Origin: a virus | Taxonomy: Duplodnaviria; Caudoviricetes | Length of the DNA: 59,282 nucleotides | Direction: 5' to 3' (one strand) | Virus record (IMG/VR): IMGVR_UViG_3300027756_000012 | Span: 1-59,282 of that record | In this document: positions 50,680-59,282 of the stretch, in pieces | Layout of the letters: every line of letters starts with the position of its first letter | Position numbering within the stretch: the stretch's first letter is position 1 | Program-made: the position numbers and the translations under genes | Notes under the pieces: model-generated | Database searches by the model: none | The model's input: only the letters and a program-made list of their open reading frames with translations | What the model was told of the DNA's origin: nothing

Positions 50680-51054
50680 TTAGGTGTAGCTGGCAGTGCG
50701 AGTCTGCTGGTCAAAATACAGTGTCAAGAACTCGGTGGTTTGCCCAGGCACCATCATCAATGCTAACTGAATCAATATACCGTTGTCTTGCGGAAACATT
50801 TCAGCTGATTGAATATAAATTCTTGGATCCAGGCTGGCCACACGATTTATTTCTGCTAGAATAGCACGTTCAGTATCTTGGGTTTGATTTTCAAACAAAT
50901 AACTCCAGATCACAGTTCCGTATCCGGGACGGCCGACCACCTGGCCCTGTTGTATGTTAAATGCGTTCAACAGATCTCGCTTGACCAATTCAAAATCCAC
51001 CAGTGTGAATTTTTTTGATTGCCCAATTGTGTTAAATCCTACAAATGTTGTCAT
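50680..51054 (-). CDS. baseplate wedge subunit, T4 gp25-like
   Basis: D.ELVKRDLLN.F....G.....P.YGT.IW..LFE...DPRI, directly upstream of the gp6-like gene. Confidence 0.85.
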   Translation of the reverse strand: MTTFVGFNTIGQSKKFTLVDFELVKRDLLNAFNIQQGQVVGRPGYGTVIWSYLFENQTQDTERAILAEINRVASLDPRIYIQSAEMFPQDNGILIQLALMMVPGQTTEFLTLYFDQQTRTASYT

Positions 51055-51059
51055 GTTTG

Positions 51060-51067
51060 TATTTACT
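51060..51067 (-). promoter_or_regulatory. putative late promoter AGTAAATA
   Basis: TAAATA core in a 20-nt gap, 5 nt before ATG 51054. Confidence 0.45.
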
Positions 51068-51074
51068 CAATTGC

Positions 51075-52226
51075 TTAGGCTGCGCGAACCGGCGGTAACC
51101 CCAACCGTGCTCTAATAACTGGGTCATCGCCGGTATATGGAGGCGCTTTGGGATCCCCCAGTGCATTAATTTTACTATCAATGTTTGCTGCTGTTAGGCC
51201 GCCAGTCAAGCCAGATATAGCGCCGGCTCCAGGTAAGTTGGCCAATGCACCTGCTCCGGTCACAGTGCCCAGAGCACCCGAGGCTTTAGACAACAGGCCC
51301 TGAGCATCGAGGCTCCCACTCAGTGCAGACTTGGCCTTGCTGGCAGCGTCGGTTAATGCAGAAGTGTCAACGGCTTGAGGACTGAAATTAGGCAACGGTA
51401 TTTTATCACTGCCAATCAACTTAGAAGTGGCTGCGTTCAGTGTAGATCTATCAACTGTTCCTTTGAAACCTGCAGCAGGGACGATTCCTGCCACAGCAGC
51501 CGGCAGTTTGAAGTCGCTAAAATTCACTGCAAACTGACCTTGTTTGGCCAGTGAATCCATCTGAGTTTTCAACCCTGACGTCAGATTGCTGCCAGCACCG
51601 GATACTCCAGATATTGCTCCCGACACTCCACTGGCCAACGAGCCTGCTGCGCCGGATATTGCATCAGTTGCAGATGTTGTGCCTTTGGCCCAGGACACTG
51701 CATTGCCAACTCCAAATTTACTGGCATTGGCCAATAACCCACCAAGCTCAGCTGTGCCTCGGTTGGCCAAACTTGATACATTTGGTAATCCACTGGTTAT
51801 GCTACCGAGAGCACTAGACGCTCCGCCGAACGCACCGGTTGCACTGCCAACTGCTCCACTGATTGTACCGGTTATTCCACCAAGGGCACCGGTTACTCCG
51901 CTGAGTGGCCCAGAAAGATTTGAAAGGCTGTCACCGGCCAGGCTACTCAGTGCCTTGGGTGCCGCCACCAGCCCGGCTGATGCTGATATCAAATTCTTTC
52001 CTGCATTGGCGGCAGCATCGTACAGTTGTCCTGTTGGCTTTTTTAAATCAGTACCGGGTGTTACTATTTCCCCAGTTTTGACCAAGGTGTCAAAACTGGA
52101 TTTCATTAGCCCAAATTGAATTTTATCTTGCAGTGGGGGATTCTTCAACAAATCTGTCACGGCTGCTACACCGTCTTTGCCGGTCCAGACACTGGGACTT
52201 TTTAATACATCCATTGGTCTAATCAT
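51075..52226 (-). CDS. Gly/Ala/Ser-rich putative tail-associated protein
   Basis: Low-complexity body with N-terminal VWTGKDGV..LLKNPPLQDKIQ; AGGA RBS and ATGA overlap. Confidence 0.6.
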   Translation of the reverse strand: MIRPMDVLKSPSVWTGKDGVAAVTDLLKNPPLQDKIQFGLMKSSFDTLVKTGEIVTPGTDLKKPTGQLYDAAANAGKNLISASAGLVAAPKALSSLAGDSLSNLSGPLSGVTGALGGITGTISGAVGSATGAFGGASSALGSITSGLPNVSSLANRGTAELGGLLANASKFGVGNAVSWAKGTTSATDAISGAAGSLASGVSGAISGVSGAGSNLTSGLKTQMDSLAKQGQFAVNFSDFKLPAAVAGIVPAAGFKGTVDRSTLNAATSKLIGSDKIPLPNFSPQAVDTSALTDAASKAKSALSGSLDAQGLLSKASGALGTVTGAGALANLPGAGAISGLTGGLTAANIDSKINALGDPKAPPYTGDDPVIRARLGLPPVRAA

Positions 52227-52810
52227 TGTGTTTGTCCTAGAAATCTAGCAGTGGTACCGCACTTTAGGTATCCAGCGTCTTCTAATTGTTGCACACTTAG
52301 ACCGTATTTGCCAACACCAAGTTCGTCGGTTGCTACATCAGCTGGCTGGCATACACTGGCTGCTACCGCTGCCATCACAGCCTGTACTTGTGTGGTTGAC
52401 AGTGGACCAATTGATTCTGTCACTGTTGATTGATCCACATAATCTGCTGTGGTTATGCCGTTGTTGATTGGTACGTCTGTCAACAAGGGCAAAGACGACA
52501 CAATTATTGTATTGTTCAAGCCAGTATTGTTGGTTACACCAGTGGATCCAATGCCGCCACCTTTGTAAATTGCCAACAGTGGTACATCTGGAACACCAGC
52601 TGTTCCACGTGAGAGCCTTGACTGGCTAAATTCAATCACTGTGTCGGCAAGTGACTGCAACTGATCCCCAGATCTCAGTCCAACAAATGCACCAGCAGCC
52701 AGTTGTTCAAGATAAATTTTTTCTGCTTGTGCCAGGGTTGAACCAGCAGGTCCTTCGAGTGTGAACAACTGCCCGTTTGGCAACACAAATGTAAATTTAG
52801 CCATTGGCAT
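52223..52810 (-). CDS. putative tail-associated protein
   Basis: Overlaps the gp5-like gene; ends in GVGKYGLSVQQLEDAGYLK. Confidence 0.6.
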   Translation of the reverse strand: MPMAKFTFVLPNGQLFTLEGPAGSTLAQAEKIYLEQLAAGAFVGLRSGDQLQSLADTVIEFSQSRLSRGTAGVPDVPLLAIYKGGGIGSTGVTNNTGLNNTIIVSSLPLLTDVPINNGITTADYVDQSTVTESIGPLSTTQVQAVMAAVAASVCQPADVATDELGVGKYGLSVQQLEDAGYLKCGTTARFLGQTQ

Positions 52811-54326
52811 CTCCGGTTACTGTGCCTGACCAACCCGAAGGCACAGACGGAGTATTGGGCGGAGTAGTTGGTTGTCCTTCTTCCATGGCCACTTCCACGC
52901 TGACACCTTGATTGTGAAATGGCCATGGTTCGTGTGTGGGTGCTCGTGTCACAATGCTTTCTAATCCAGTGGCTGCAATTTGCCAGCCGGTGGCATTGTT
53001 GAATTCTGTGTTGGGCATTACACGTTTTTCCAATTTGACAGGTGCTGCAACTGATTCGGCTGAGCCGCCATTAAGATCAATACCGCCTGCTTGCAGTACC
53101 ATGGCGCCGCCGGCGTTCCAGGACCCCTTGTTGCTGACCATTGCGAGACTGCCATCTGCTAATACTCCAATACGAGCTTTGCTGTAAAAAGTCATTTCGT
53201 CATTGCTGAACACAGTTAACTTTTTTTCAGTTTCCAGCGTGGTACCTGCCATGCTTTTCATGTTGATGGTTTTGCCGGCAAACATGTTGATATCTTCGTC
53301 TGCATGCAAATTGATTGTGCCTTGTGTTCTCACATTGACTGAGTTTGTGGCATATACATCTAAGGTGCCTTCTTGTCCAAACTCCAGCCATGTTTGTCCA
53401 TTGGCATGAATGATATAGAAAAAATTGCCATCGTCGCTCATGGTGATCTGGTGTCCGCCAGCGGTGCGAATTCTTACTAAATTATCTTTCCCTTCAAGAT
53501 CGCCATCATCCAATACAATACTATGGCCGCCTCGACGACCGACCACATTTACGTCTGTGGCAGTGATAGATCCGGCGGCAATGCGTTTTTTAATGTCAGA
53601 CTCACTGATGCCACCTTGATACACTGCACGACCCGGAGTACTCAGTCCAAAGACACCGCTGGGACTTTCTCGTTGACTGGTTGAACTGATTGGTCCTCGC
53701 TGAACGTCTGCCAAGGTACCTTGTTGAAACATTTCTGCTGTTACAAAACTGTGTACTGGTTTAGGTTGTTTGAAAAACTGCGGGTTGTCATCAATCTTGG
53801 AATTTTCCGGATTGATTTCTGTCACTGGCAACACAGTGGCGCCTTTGTAATAGCTTTTTTGATCACTGTTTTGCAAATCAAATGCAGAGCTTGCACCAAT
53901 TGCTGGAATCATGTGAGTCATGCCTTGGTCCGGAATACAGCCAATGTAATATCCCAAGTTAGGGTCTCCGCTGGCAAACACACACAACACGCTCACACCC
54001 AGGTCTGGAGGAGTAAACCACATGCCGTAGCTTTGTGGATTGCCGCCAATGTAGCCGCCCACACTGTTAGTGTCGCCTTTGTTGCCGGGACTGCGTGGTG
54101 TTGCTCCGTAGAATGAAGGACAGTAACTCACTGTGCGCCACAATGTTTTATCTTCTGGATCTGTACCGGCAAACTGTTCAATGTACACTTGTAATCGGCC
54201 TTGTCTTGTGGGGTCAACGTTGTTTTTGACCACTCCAACAAAGGGTCCAAAAGCCGCAGTTGTGCCGCCACGATCAAGTTTGTAGTTTGGTGCAACTCCA
54301 CTGTTTCTAATGATATTGTCTGACAT
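52797..54326 (-). CDS. baseplate central spike, T4 gp5/VgrG-like
   Basis: OB-fold GVVKNNVDPTRQGRLQVYI..GMWFTPPDLG, RTAGGHQITMSD, beta-helix-like repeats, PTHEPW tip. No internal lysozyme domain is evident. Confidence 0.82.
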   Translation of the reverse strand: MSDNIIRNSGVAPNYKLDRGGTTAAFGPFVGVVKNNVDPTRQGRLQVYIEQFAGTDPEDKTLWRTVSYCPSFYGATPRSPGNKGDTNSVGGYIGGNPQSYGMWFTPPDLGVSVLCVFASGDPNLGYYIGCIPDQGMTHMIPAIGASSAFDLQNSDQKSYYKGATVLPVTEINPENSKIDDNPQFFKQPKPVHSFVTAEMFQQGTLADVQRGPISSTSQRESPSGVFGLSTPGRAVYQGGISESDIKKRIAAGSITATDVNVVGRRGGHSIVLDDGDLEGKDNLVRIRTAGGHQITMSDDGNFFYIIHANGQTWLEFGQEGTLDVYATNSVNVRTQGTINLHADEDINMFAGKTINMKSMAGTTLETEKKLTVFSNDEMTFYSKARIGVLADGSLAMVSNKGSWNAGGAMVLQAGGIDLNGGSAESVAAPVKLEKRVMPNTEFNNATGWQIAATGLESIVTRAPTHEPWPFHNQGVSVEVAMEEGQPTTPPNTPSVPSGWSGTVTGDANG

Positions 54327-56119
54327 TATGGTTCTCTGTTCATTATTTGATTTACTGGAGGAATAGTTGTAAATGCAGCAGCATCATCATCGGCTGCTAT
54401 TTGTTCTTGACGTATAGCCGCATCTTCCGCTGCCAACACTCCGTACGGATCAGTTGGAGGTCGGCGCAGGCTTGCAAATGCTTCTGCATCCCCTTGTGCT
54501 GCTGCATCCGCAGCTATGGCAGCATCTTCAGCTGCCAACACTCCATAAGGATCAGTTGGAGGGACAGTTTTAAATGCGGCAGCATCATTGGCAGCCACTG
54601 CTGCTTCTGCTATGGCTGCGTCTTCTGCTGCAAATATTTCGTTTCTTTGTGCATCGGTCATGACGTTGGGTGGTCGTACCTGGCCAGCAGCTATGGCATT
54701 GTCAATTCTGCGAACATCTGCTTGAGAGGCGCTTTCAGCACGCTGAGTATTGTTGTTTTTGCCAGCAGCAGCGGCAGCAGTAGCTGGATCCAATAAATCA
54801 ATAAAAGTTCCTTTGATGTCTTGTTCAAATCTACCTTTGCTGAATCTACTAACAACTTGCGTAGTTTTGTATGTATACACCGCTGAGGCTGTACCTGTTT
54901 TGTTGGGGTTGGCTAGGCCGGTGCCTGTTAGATCATAGTCAACTCCAGGATTCCATTGTATATCAAAAATAATTTCCTGAGCGTCAAAATTGATTCCGCC
55001 ATCGGGATTGAACGGATTAAAATTAAAGTTGAGTGAGCTGATGCCGGTAGCAGCTTCTCCTTGCTGTAGCCAGGCCGGATCGCCTACAATGTTCAACTCA
55101 CAGTTGGCAATGTCTGACCTGCTGTACAAGTAATCCGCTGCTGATGCACCTATTGAGTTTGTTCGGCCGTCGGCTCCCTGACTGCCGCTGTCTGCCACAG
55201 CCGCTTGATATTCACGAGGAGGTGTTTCTCTGTTGTTTGCAATTCGTGTGGCAGTCAACAACTGAGGACTGGTAAATGTTGTGTGGTATAATTTGTTAAA
55301 ACTTTGTTCGAATCTCAACACCTGAGTGTTTTGTCCTGTGAACCAGTATTTGTAGCTCTTGTGTCGGCCGCGCAAGGTTGCGTTTGAAAAATATTCACTT
55401 TCCATACTGTTTATAGGATACGCAGAAATCACATATGTGATGTTGTAAGCATAGTCATTGCGTTTTTTGTCCAGCTTGATTGGAGTGGTCTGCACTGAAA
55501 TTTTGTACCAGACCAAATTTCCCAGTGGTTTTTGTGGTTTTGGTTTTTGCGTTGGTTCATCAATTATGGCAGATGCTTGATCAGCAATATAGGTGCTGTT
55601 TTTTAATATTTCATCCAGAATAACCACAATCGGTGTGCCGGCTTTGGCGTCAAAAGTTCTCACATCATAATCAGCAGAGTTGGTGTTAGGATTGACCTTG
55701 TCTGACGGGCTTTTTGACTGTTGCATAGGCACCTTGGCCTTGTTGGGCTTGCCGCCCTTGGTAACACGGGCATCTCCCAGGCCAGCAGGTGCAAATTCTA
55801 TGCTGTAGTGATTGGCCACTTCCCAAATTCCAGCACTCACAAGGTCAGCTTCTTGTTTGTTCAATGCAGCGATGAGACCAACTGCAATATTTTTATTCAC
55901 ACTGGGCGCAGCGTTGGCCTTGGGTGGTGCAGATGTAGCAGATGCAGGTTTGGTTTGGAGAGTTGAAAGATCTACTGATCTTTCAGTGGGTGTGGAGCCT
56001 CGTACCAAAATTGCTTGTTTGGCCGCCAACTCCTCTGGCGTCGATGGTAAGGGAGTCCCATTGGGTCCGCCGAATCTTTTTTTAGAAATGCGCTCTGCAT
56101 CAAATAATATATTGGCCAT
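54326..56119 (-). CDS. putative baseplate hub/tail protein, C-terminal part
   Basis: KSYKYWFTGQN..VL.F, L.IVGDPAWL, Y....V.S.FSKG.FEQ; immediately upstream of the gp5-like gene. Confidence 0.6.
   Translation of the reverse strand: MANILFDAERISKKRFGGPNGTPLPSTPEELAAKQAILVRGSTPTERSVDLSTLQTKPASATSAPPKANAAPSVNKNIAVGLIAALNKQEADLVSAGIWEVANHYSIEFAPAGLGDARVTKGGKPNKAKVPMQQSKSPSDKVNPNTNSADYDVRTFDAKAGTPIVVILDEILKNSTYIADQASAIIDEPTQKPKPQKPLGNLVWYKISVQTTPIKLDKKRNDYAYNITYVISAYPINSMESEYFSNATLRGRHKSYKYWFTGQNTQVLRFEQSFNKLYHTTFTSPQLLTATRIANNRETPPREYQAAVADSGSQGADGRTNSIGASAADYLYSRSDIANCELNIVGDPAWLQQGEAATGISSLNFNFNPFNPDGGINFDAQEIIFDIQWNPGVDYDLTGTGLANPNKTGTASAVYTYKTTQVVSRFSKGRFEQDIKGTFIDLLDPATAAAAAGKNNNTQRAESASQADVRRIDNAIAAGQVRPPNVMTDAQRNEIFAAEDAAIAEAAVAANDAAAFKTVPPTDPYGVLAAEDAAIAADAAAQGDAEAFASLRRPPTDPYGVLAAEDAAIRQEQIAADDDAAAFTTIPPVNQIMNREP
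54360..54640 (-). repeat. 3 copies of ~33-aa (DPxGVL)AAEDAAI repeat
   Basis: IFAAEDAAI.., DPYGVLAAEDAAI.., DPYGVLAAEDAAIRQEQIAA. Boundaries approximate. Confidence 0.85.
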
Positions 56120-56122
56120 GTA

Positions 56123-57595
56123 TTATGCTCCTGCTCCTAAACTGTTGATGGTTCCGCCACCTACTTCTTGATTGGGTGTTCCATCAATCACGGTTGACGT
56201 CTGAGGTGTAGGTGTTGTTTGTCTGCCATCATCTGGTGATACTTCTGCCAATACTACACCTTTGGTCAGCAGGTCTTTGACTGTGGCTCCTGATATCTCA
56301 ATATCAGCTTTGATCACACCTAGGTTAGAACCAAATCCTATTGAGTAAGGAATAGCTGTTGCTTTGACCTGATATTCAACCAACCTGTTGTTTACACTGA
56401 AATTGATGTCAGACAGTCTAAAAGGTATAATTTTTTCCACAACGGCATTGTTGTTGTCAGAGTCGCTGGCCTGCACAATTTTTCCATTTTGATCGTAGCC
56501 GTAAAACCGTATGATCAGTGCATAATAGGCAGCAACATAGGGAACTCCGTTCACAGATTCTTCGGTGATTTTTTTGTACACTGATTGTACTGCTTTGTAC
56601 AAGTTGTCGATCAGTGTTATGCCCGAAGTTTCAGTCACAGTAAAACTCAACTCAGTGGCGTTGTGGGCTCTATTGCTGCCTTTGCCGGTTATTGTGCTTT
56701 TTATTTCTAGATTGTCAAAATAGTAATCCAATCCAAAGAATGGGTTGCGACCTGCGTTGGTTGAGTTGCTGCCAGCAAAGGTGGTTGATCTAGGATCGCT
56801 TGATCCAGTCCTTCTTCCGGACGCATCTCGAAGTTCAGGTTGTACTCCAGCAGTTCCTGCTGGAGCTCCTCCGCTTTGAATCAATAGGTTGTATTGACTC
56901 ACTGTTATTTTTGATGTTTTTTGCAGGGTAGTGTACTGCTCCGGTGTCAGCAGGTACCAGCCAATGTTGTAGGTATAACTGGCATATTGATCCAACACAT
57001 TGTTTTTTGGCGCAAAAGTACTTTGGCCAGCAGTGGCAGCTGATATAATTTGCTGTGTGTTTGCAGCAGTAACACCATCATCACCTTTGGTAGCCGCACC
57101 GGGTTCACCGCCTGGGCGTCCTTCTGCAAGCGGAGTGTACAGTTCTCCTGTTTCGGGATTTCGACGAGAAGTTGCCAGGGCGCCTTCTTCATTGTATATT
57201 GGCAATCCTCTGGTATTGTCGACCGATTGTGTTTCTGTTAAGGTCTTTACCGGAGGATTGGTTCCTGTTTCTGTGTTGCTGGCCAAGGTGGCAGCTTGAT
57301 CCGTTGTTAATCTTCCTGTGCTGGTAGGAGCCGGTGCAGGATTCTGTGTGGCTCCGGTATCACTAGTAGCAACATCTGCGGCTGCTGTCGTTTGAGTCGG
57401 TTGTGTTTCATTTTCTTTGTCAACTACAGCTCGTGCTTCATTCAGCAGGCTTTGTTTGTCTACTGGTGCACCTTTTTCAATTGCAAGATTAATTGCATCT
57501 GATGGTAGCTCAGCTCGCGATATAGTTTTTCCAGTATCTGTATCAACGACTATGAATAAGCCTGTAGTCGATTGGCGTTTAATTTCATAGGCCAT
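56123..57595 (-). CDS. putative baseplate hub/tail protein, N-terminal part
   Basis: NVLDQYASYTYNI, YYFDNLEI, F.VTETSG.TLIDNL, LIIRFYGYD; lies between the gp53-like and gp5-like genes. Confidence 0.6.
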   Translation of the reverse strand: MAYEIKRQSTTGLFIVVDTDTGKTISRAELPSDAINLAIEKGAPVDKQSLLNEARAVVDKENETQPTQTTAAADVATSDTGATQNPAPAPTSTGRLTTDQAATLASNTETGTNPPVKTLTETQSVDNTRGLPIYNEEGALATSRRNPETGELYTPLAEGRPGGEPGAATKGDDGVTAANTQQIISAATAGQSTFAPKNNVLDQYASYTYNIGWYLLTPEQYTTLQKTSKITVSQYNLLIQSGGAPAGTAGVQPELRDASGRRTGSSDPRSTTFAGSNSTNAGRNPFFGLDYYFDNLEIKSTITGKGSNRAHNATELSFTVTETSGITLIDNLYKAVQSVYKKITEESVNGVPYVAAYYALIIRFYGYDQNGKIVQASDSDNNNAVVEKIIPFRLSDINFSVNNRLVEYQVKATAIPYSIGFGSNLGVIKADIEISGATVKDLLTKGVVLAEVSPDDGRQTTPTPQTSTVIDGTPNQEVGGGTINSLGAGA

Positions 57596-57598
57596 ATA

Positions 57599-57898
57599 TT
57601 AGAATCCCAACGCTGAACGCAGTGTGCTGATCTTGGGTATGTAGATCAATGTGTTGATCACAAAGTCCAAGGGTGGCTTGGTCAAGGTGTTGGGATTGCG
57701 TTGATAGAACACCCACCACAGGCCCGCATTCTCGTACAGGTCAAAGGCCAAGAGATCTGGTCTGTACTGATAGGTCTGATTGATTGTAAACGGCAGATCA
57801 TCACTCTGCGCAGGTATGGGTCTGTTGACCATGACATCTAGAAAAAACTGACTGTAGCCAGTGGCTGCGTACGGACTGGTTGCGTTGTAGGTTGCCAT
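57599..57898 (-). CDS. baseplate wedge subunit, T4 gp53/LysM-like
   Basis: YQYRPDLLAFDLYENAGLWWVFYQRNP..IYIP. Confidence 0.8.
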   Translation of the reverse strand: MATYNATSPYAATGYSQFFLDVMVNRPIPAQSDDLPFTINQTYQYRPDLLAFDLYENAGLWWVFYQRNPNTLTKPPLDFVINTLIYIPKISTLRSALGF

Positions 57899-59282
57899 TA
57901 CCAGAATCCTCCTTTGAGTAGGTCGCCATTGGCATATTGTCGTAGGCTAAACTGTTGGCTTTGTTGCTGGCGACTTTGAACTGGCAACAGTGTTAAGGCT
58001 ATTTCAATCTTGGTAGGAACATATGTGGGACTGTTTAGTCCAAAGGTGGCCGGTGCCGGTTGTGCTGTTTTTCCGCCCTTGGGCAGGCCGGCATTGGCCA
58101 GTCGGTTGATTGCGCCGCCAAACAATGGGCCCAGGATGCCACCACCCCAGGTAGTGCCAGGTGAGCGAGCATTGCCAGCTTGCCGTTGATTCAGCATGTT
58201 GCTGTTGTTGACGTTGGGACTACGAGCACGTATGTAGTCCACATCTGTTGGCAAGGTATAGGTAAATGAAGTGACCACACAAGGGTGTTCGTTGAATTGA
58301 TATTCGCCCAGTCCTGTGAGATATACCAAAGGTGGCGGTGTGCCACGTTGGGCATCTTGTCCGTAGAACATCTTGGTCACTGACTTGAAAAAATGTATCA
58401 CTGCCAGCAAGTAGTTGGCTTCGGTTGTGCTTTGTGCAGTGAACGGACAAGACAGAGTGACTGCGTCTACTGAACTGCTTTGGTAGTAGTAACCTTTGTA
58501 ATTGGAGTGTGTGAGATCGTAACTGGAATAGTTGGCCTTGTAGGCAGTGCTGATTGCAGGTGTGTAGGGGAATATCACACCGCCTTGATCTTTAAGAGGT
58601 TGCAAGATACCAGGTGCCGGTGCTGCATACAAATAATCAGCCTGTGGTGCCAAGCGTAGCTTAACCCGCCAATCTGCATTGTTGGGATTTCTACGCTGGT
58701 TAGCAATGGTGTTTTGTGCTCGTGCCTGATCCAGTGTGGCTTGTTGTTGTGCGGCCGCTTGTTGTGCAGCCACTTGGTCAAACAGTGCCGCATCTTCGGC
58801 TGCTATCTGATCCTCACGTATGGCAGCATCTTCGGCTGCCAACACCCCGTTGGGGTCAGCTGGACCACGTGATAAATTTTCAAACGCATCAGCGTCGCCC
58901 TGAGCTGCTTGTTGTTCTGCTATGGCAGCGTCTTCGGCTGCCAATACCCCCGTAGGGTCAGTGGGCAAGGTAGTGGGAAACGCTTCGGCGTCACTGCGAG
59001 CTATTTCTTCTTGACGTATGGCCTCATCCTCAGCTGCCAGTACTCCTGTAGGATCGTTAACTGTTTCGTTCAATCGAAACGCGGCAGCGTCATCAGCAGC
59101 AATTTGTTCTTGACGTATGGCCTCATCCTCAGCTGCCAGTACTCCTGTAGGGTCAGCTGGACCACGTGATAAATTTTCAAATGCATCAGCATCGCTTTGT
59201 GCTGCTGCTTGTTCTGCTATGGCTGCATCTTCGGCTGCCAACACCCCATTGTCAGCCGGGCCACGTGATAAATTTTCAAATG
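57898..59282 (-). CDS. putative baseplate/tail-tube initiator-like protein with N-terminal repeats, 5'-truncated
   Basis: Frame is open to the window edge. Core GVIFPYTP..HSNY..GTPPPLVYL.G.G..PCVVTSFTYTLP.DVDYI; TAATG-coupled to the gp53-like gene. Confidence 0.65.
   Translation of the reverse strand, partial: FENLSRGPADNGVLAAEDAAIAEQAAAQSDADAFENLSRGPADPTGVLAAEDEAIRQEQIAADDAAAFRLNETVNDPTGVLAAEDEAIRQEEIARSDAEAFPTTLPTDPTGVLAAEDAAIAEQQAAQGDADAFENLSRGPADPNGVLAAEDAAIREDQIAAEDAALFDQVAAQQAAAQQQATLDQARAQNTIANQRRNPNNADWRVKLRLAPQADYLYAAPAPGILQPLKDQGGVIFPYTPAISTAYKANYSSYDLTHSNYKGYYYQSSSVDAVTLSCPFTAQSTTEANYLLAVIHFFKSVTKMFYGQDAQRGTPPPLVYLTGLGEYQFNEHPCVVTSFTYTLPTDVDYIRARSPNVNNSNMLNQRQAGNARSPGTTWGGGILGPLFGGAINRLANAGLPKGGKTAQPAPATFGLNSPTYVPTKIEIALTLLPVQSRQQQSQQFSLRQYANGDLLKGGFW
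58785..59282 (-). repeat. at least 5 tandem ~32-34-aa DPxGVLAAEDxAI repeats
   Basis: Visible in both protein and DNA (e.g. ttcttgacgtatggcctcatcctcagctgccagtactcctgtagg occurs twice); runs off the window. Confidence 0.9.

Noticed and set aside
50656-50681. AT-rich hairpin after the gp25-like gene
   Set aside because: The stem is weak and nearly all A/T; not convincing as a terminator.
58785-59282. Direct repeats resembling a CRISPR array
   Set aside because: Repeats are in frame, degenerate and protein-coding with ~100-bp period; no unique spacers or cas genes.
1-59282. Stop-codon reassignment, as in some jumbo phages
   Set aside because: The standard code gives near-complete coding density, including a 4822-aa ORF; TAA, TGA and TAG all end plausible genes.

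Overview
Densely coding segment of a large (probably jumbo) T4-like tailed dsDNA phage, read with the standard code. The right half (29.6-59.3 kb, all minus strand) is a contractile-tail and baseplate module. It holds gp53-, gp5-, gp25- and gp6-like genes, a 4822-aa baseplate protein and tail-fibre-like genes, with T4-late-type (n)nTAAATA motifs upstream of several genes. The left half is thyX followed by a ~28-kb enzyme cluster that looks like a secondary-metabolite or glycan tailoring pathway. It contains seven radical SAM genes (six with an N-terminal twitch/SPASM-like Cys domain), a NodU/TobZ-type carbamoyltransferase coupled to an unlisted 33-aa PFIY peptide, an amidinotransferase, a DegT aminotransferase, an NDP-sugar epimerase, three SGNH-like proteins and about six glycosyltransferase-like proteins. 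It also contains a 1330-aa protein made of 12 aromatic-rich ~65-aa repeats fused to an apparently inactive glycosyltransferase domain. This cluster is the best candidate for an undescribed system; its substrate could be virion glycan, DNA or the host surface. All family calls come from motif recognition by eye; no database searches were run.
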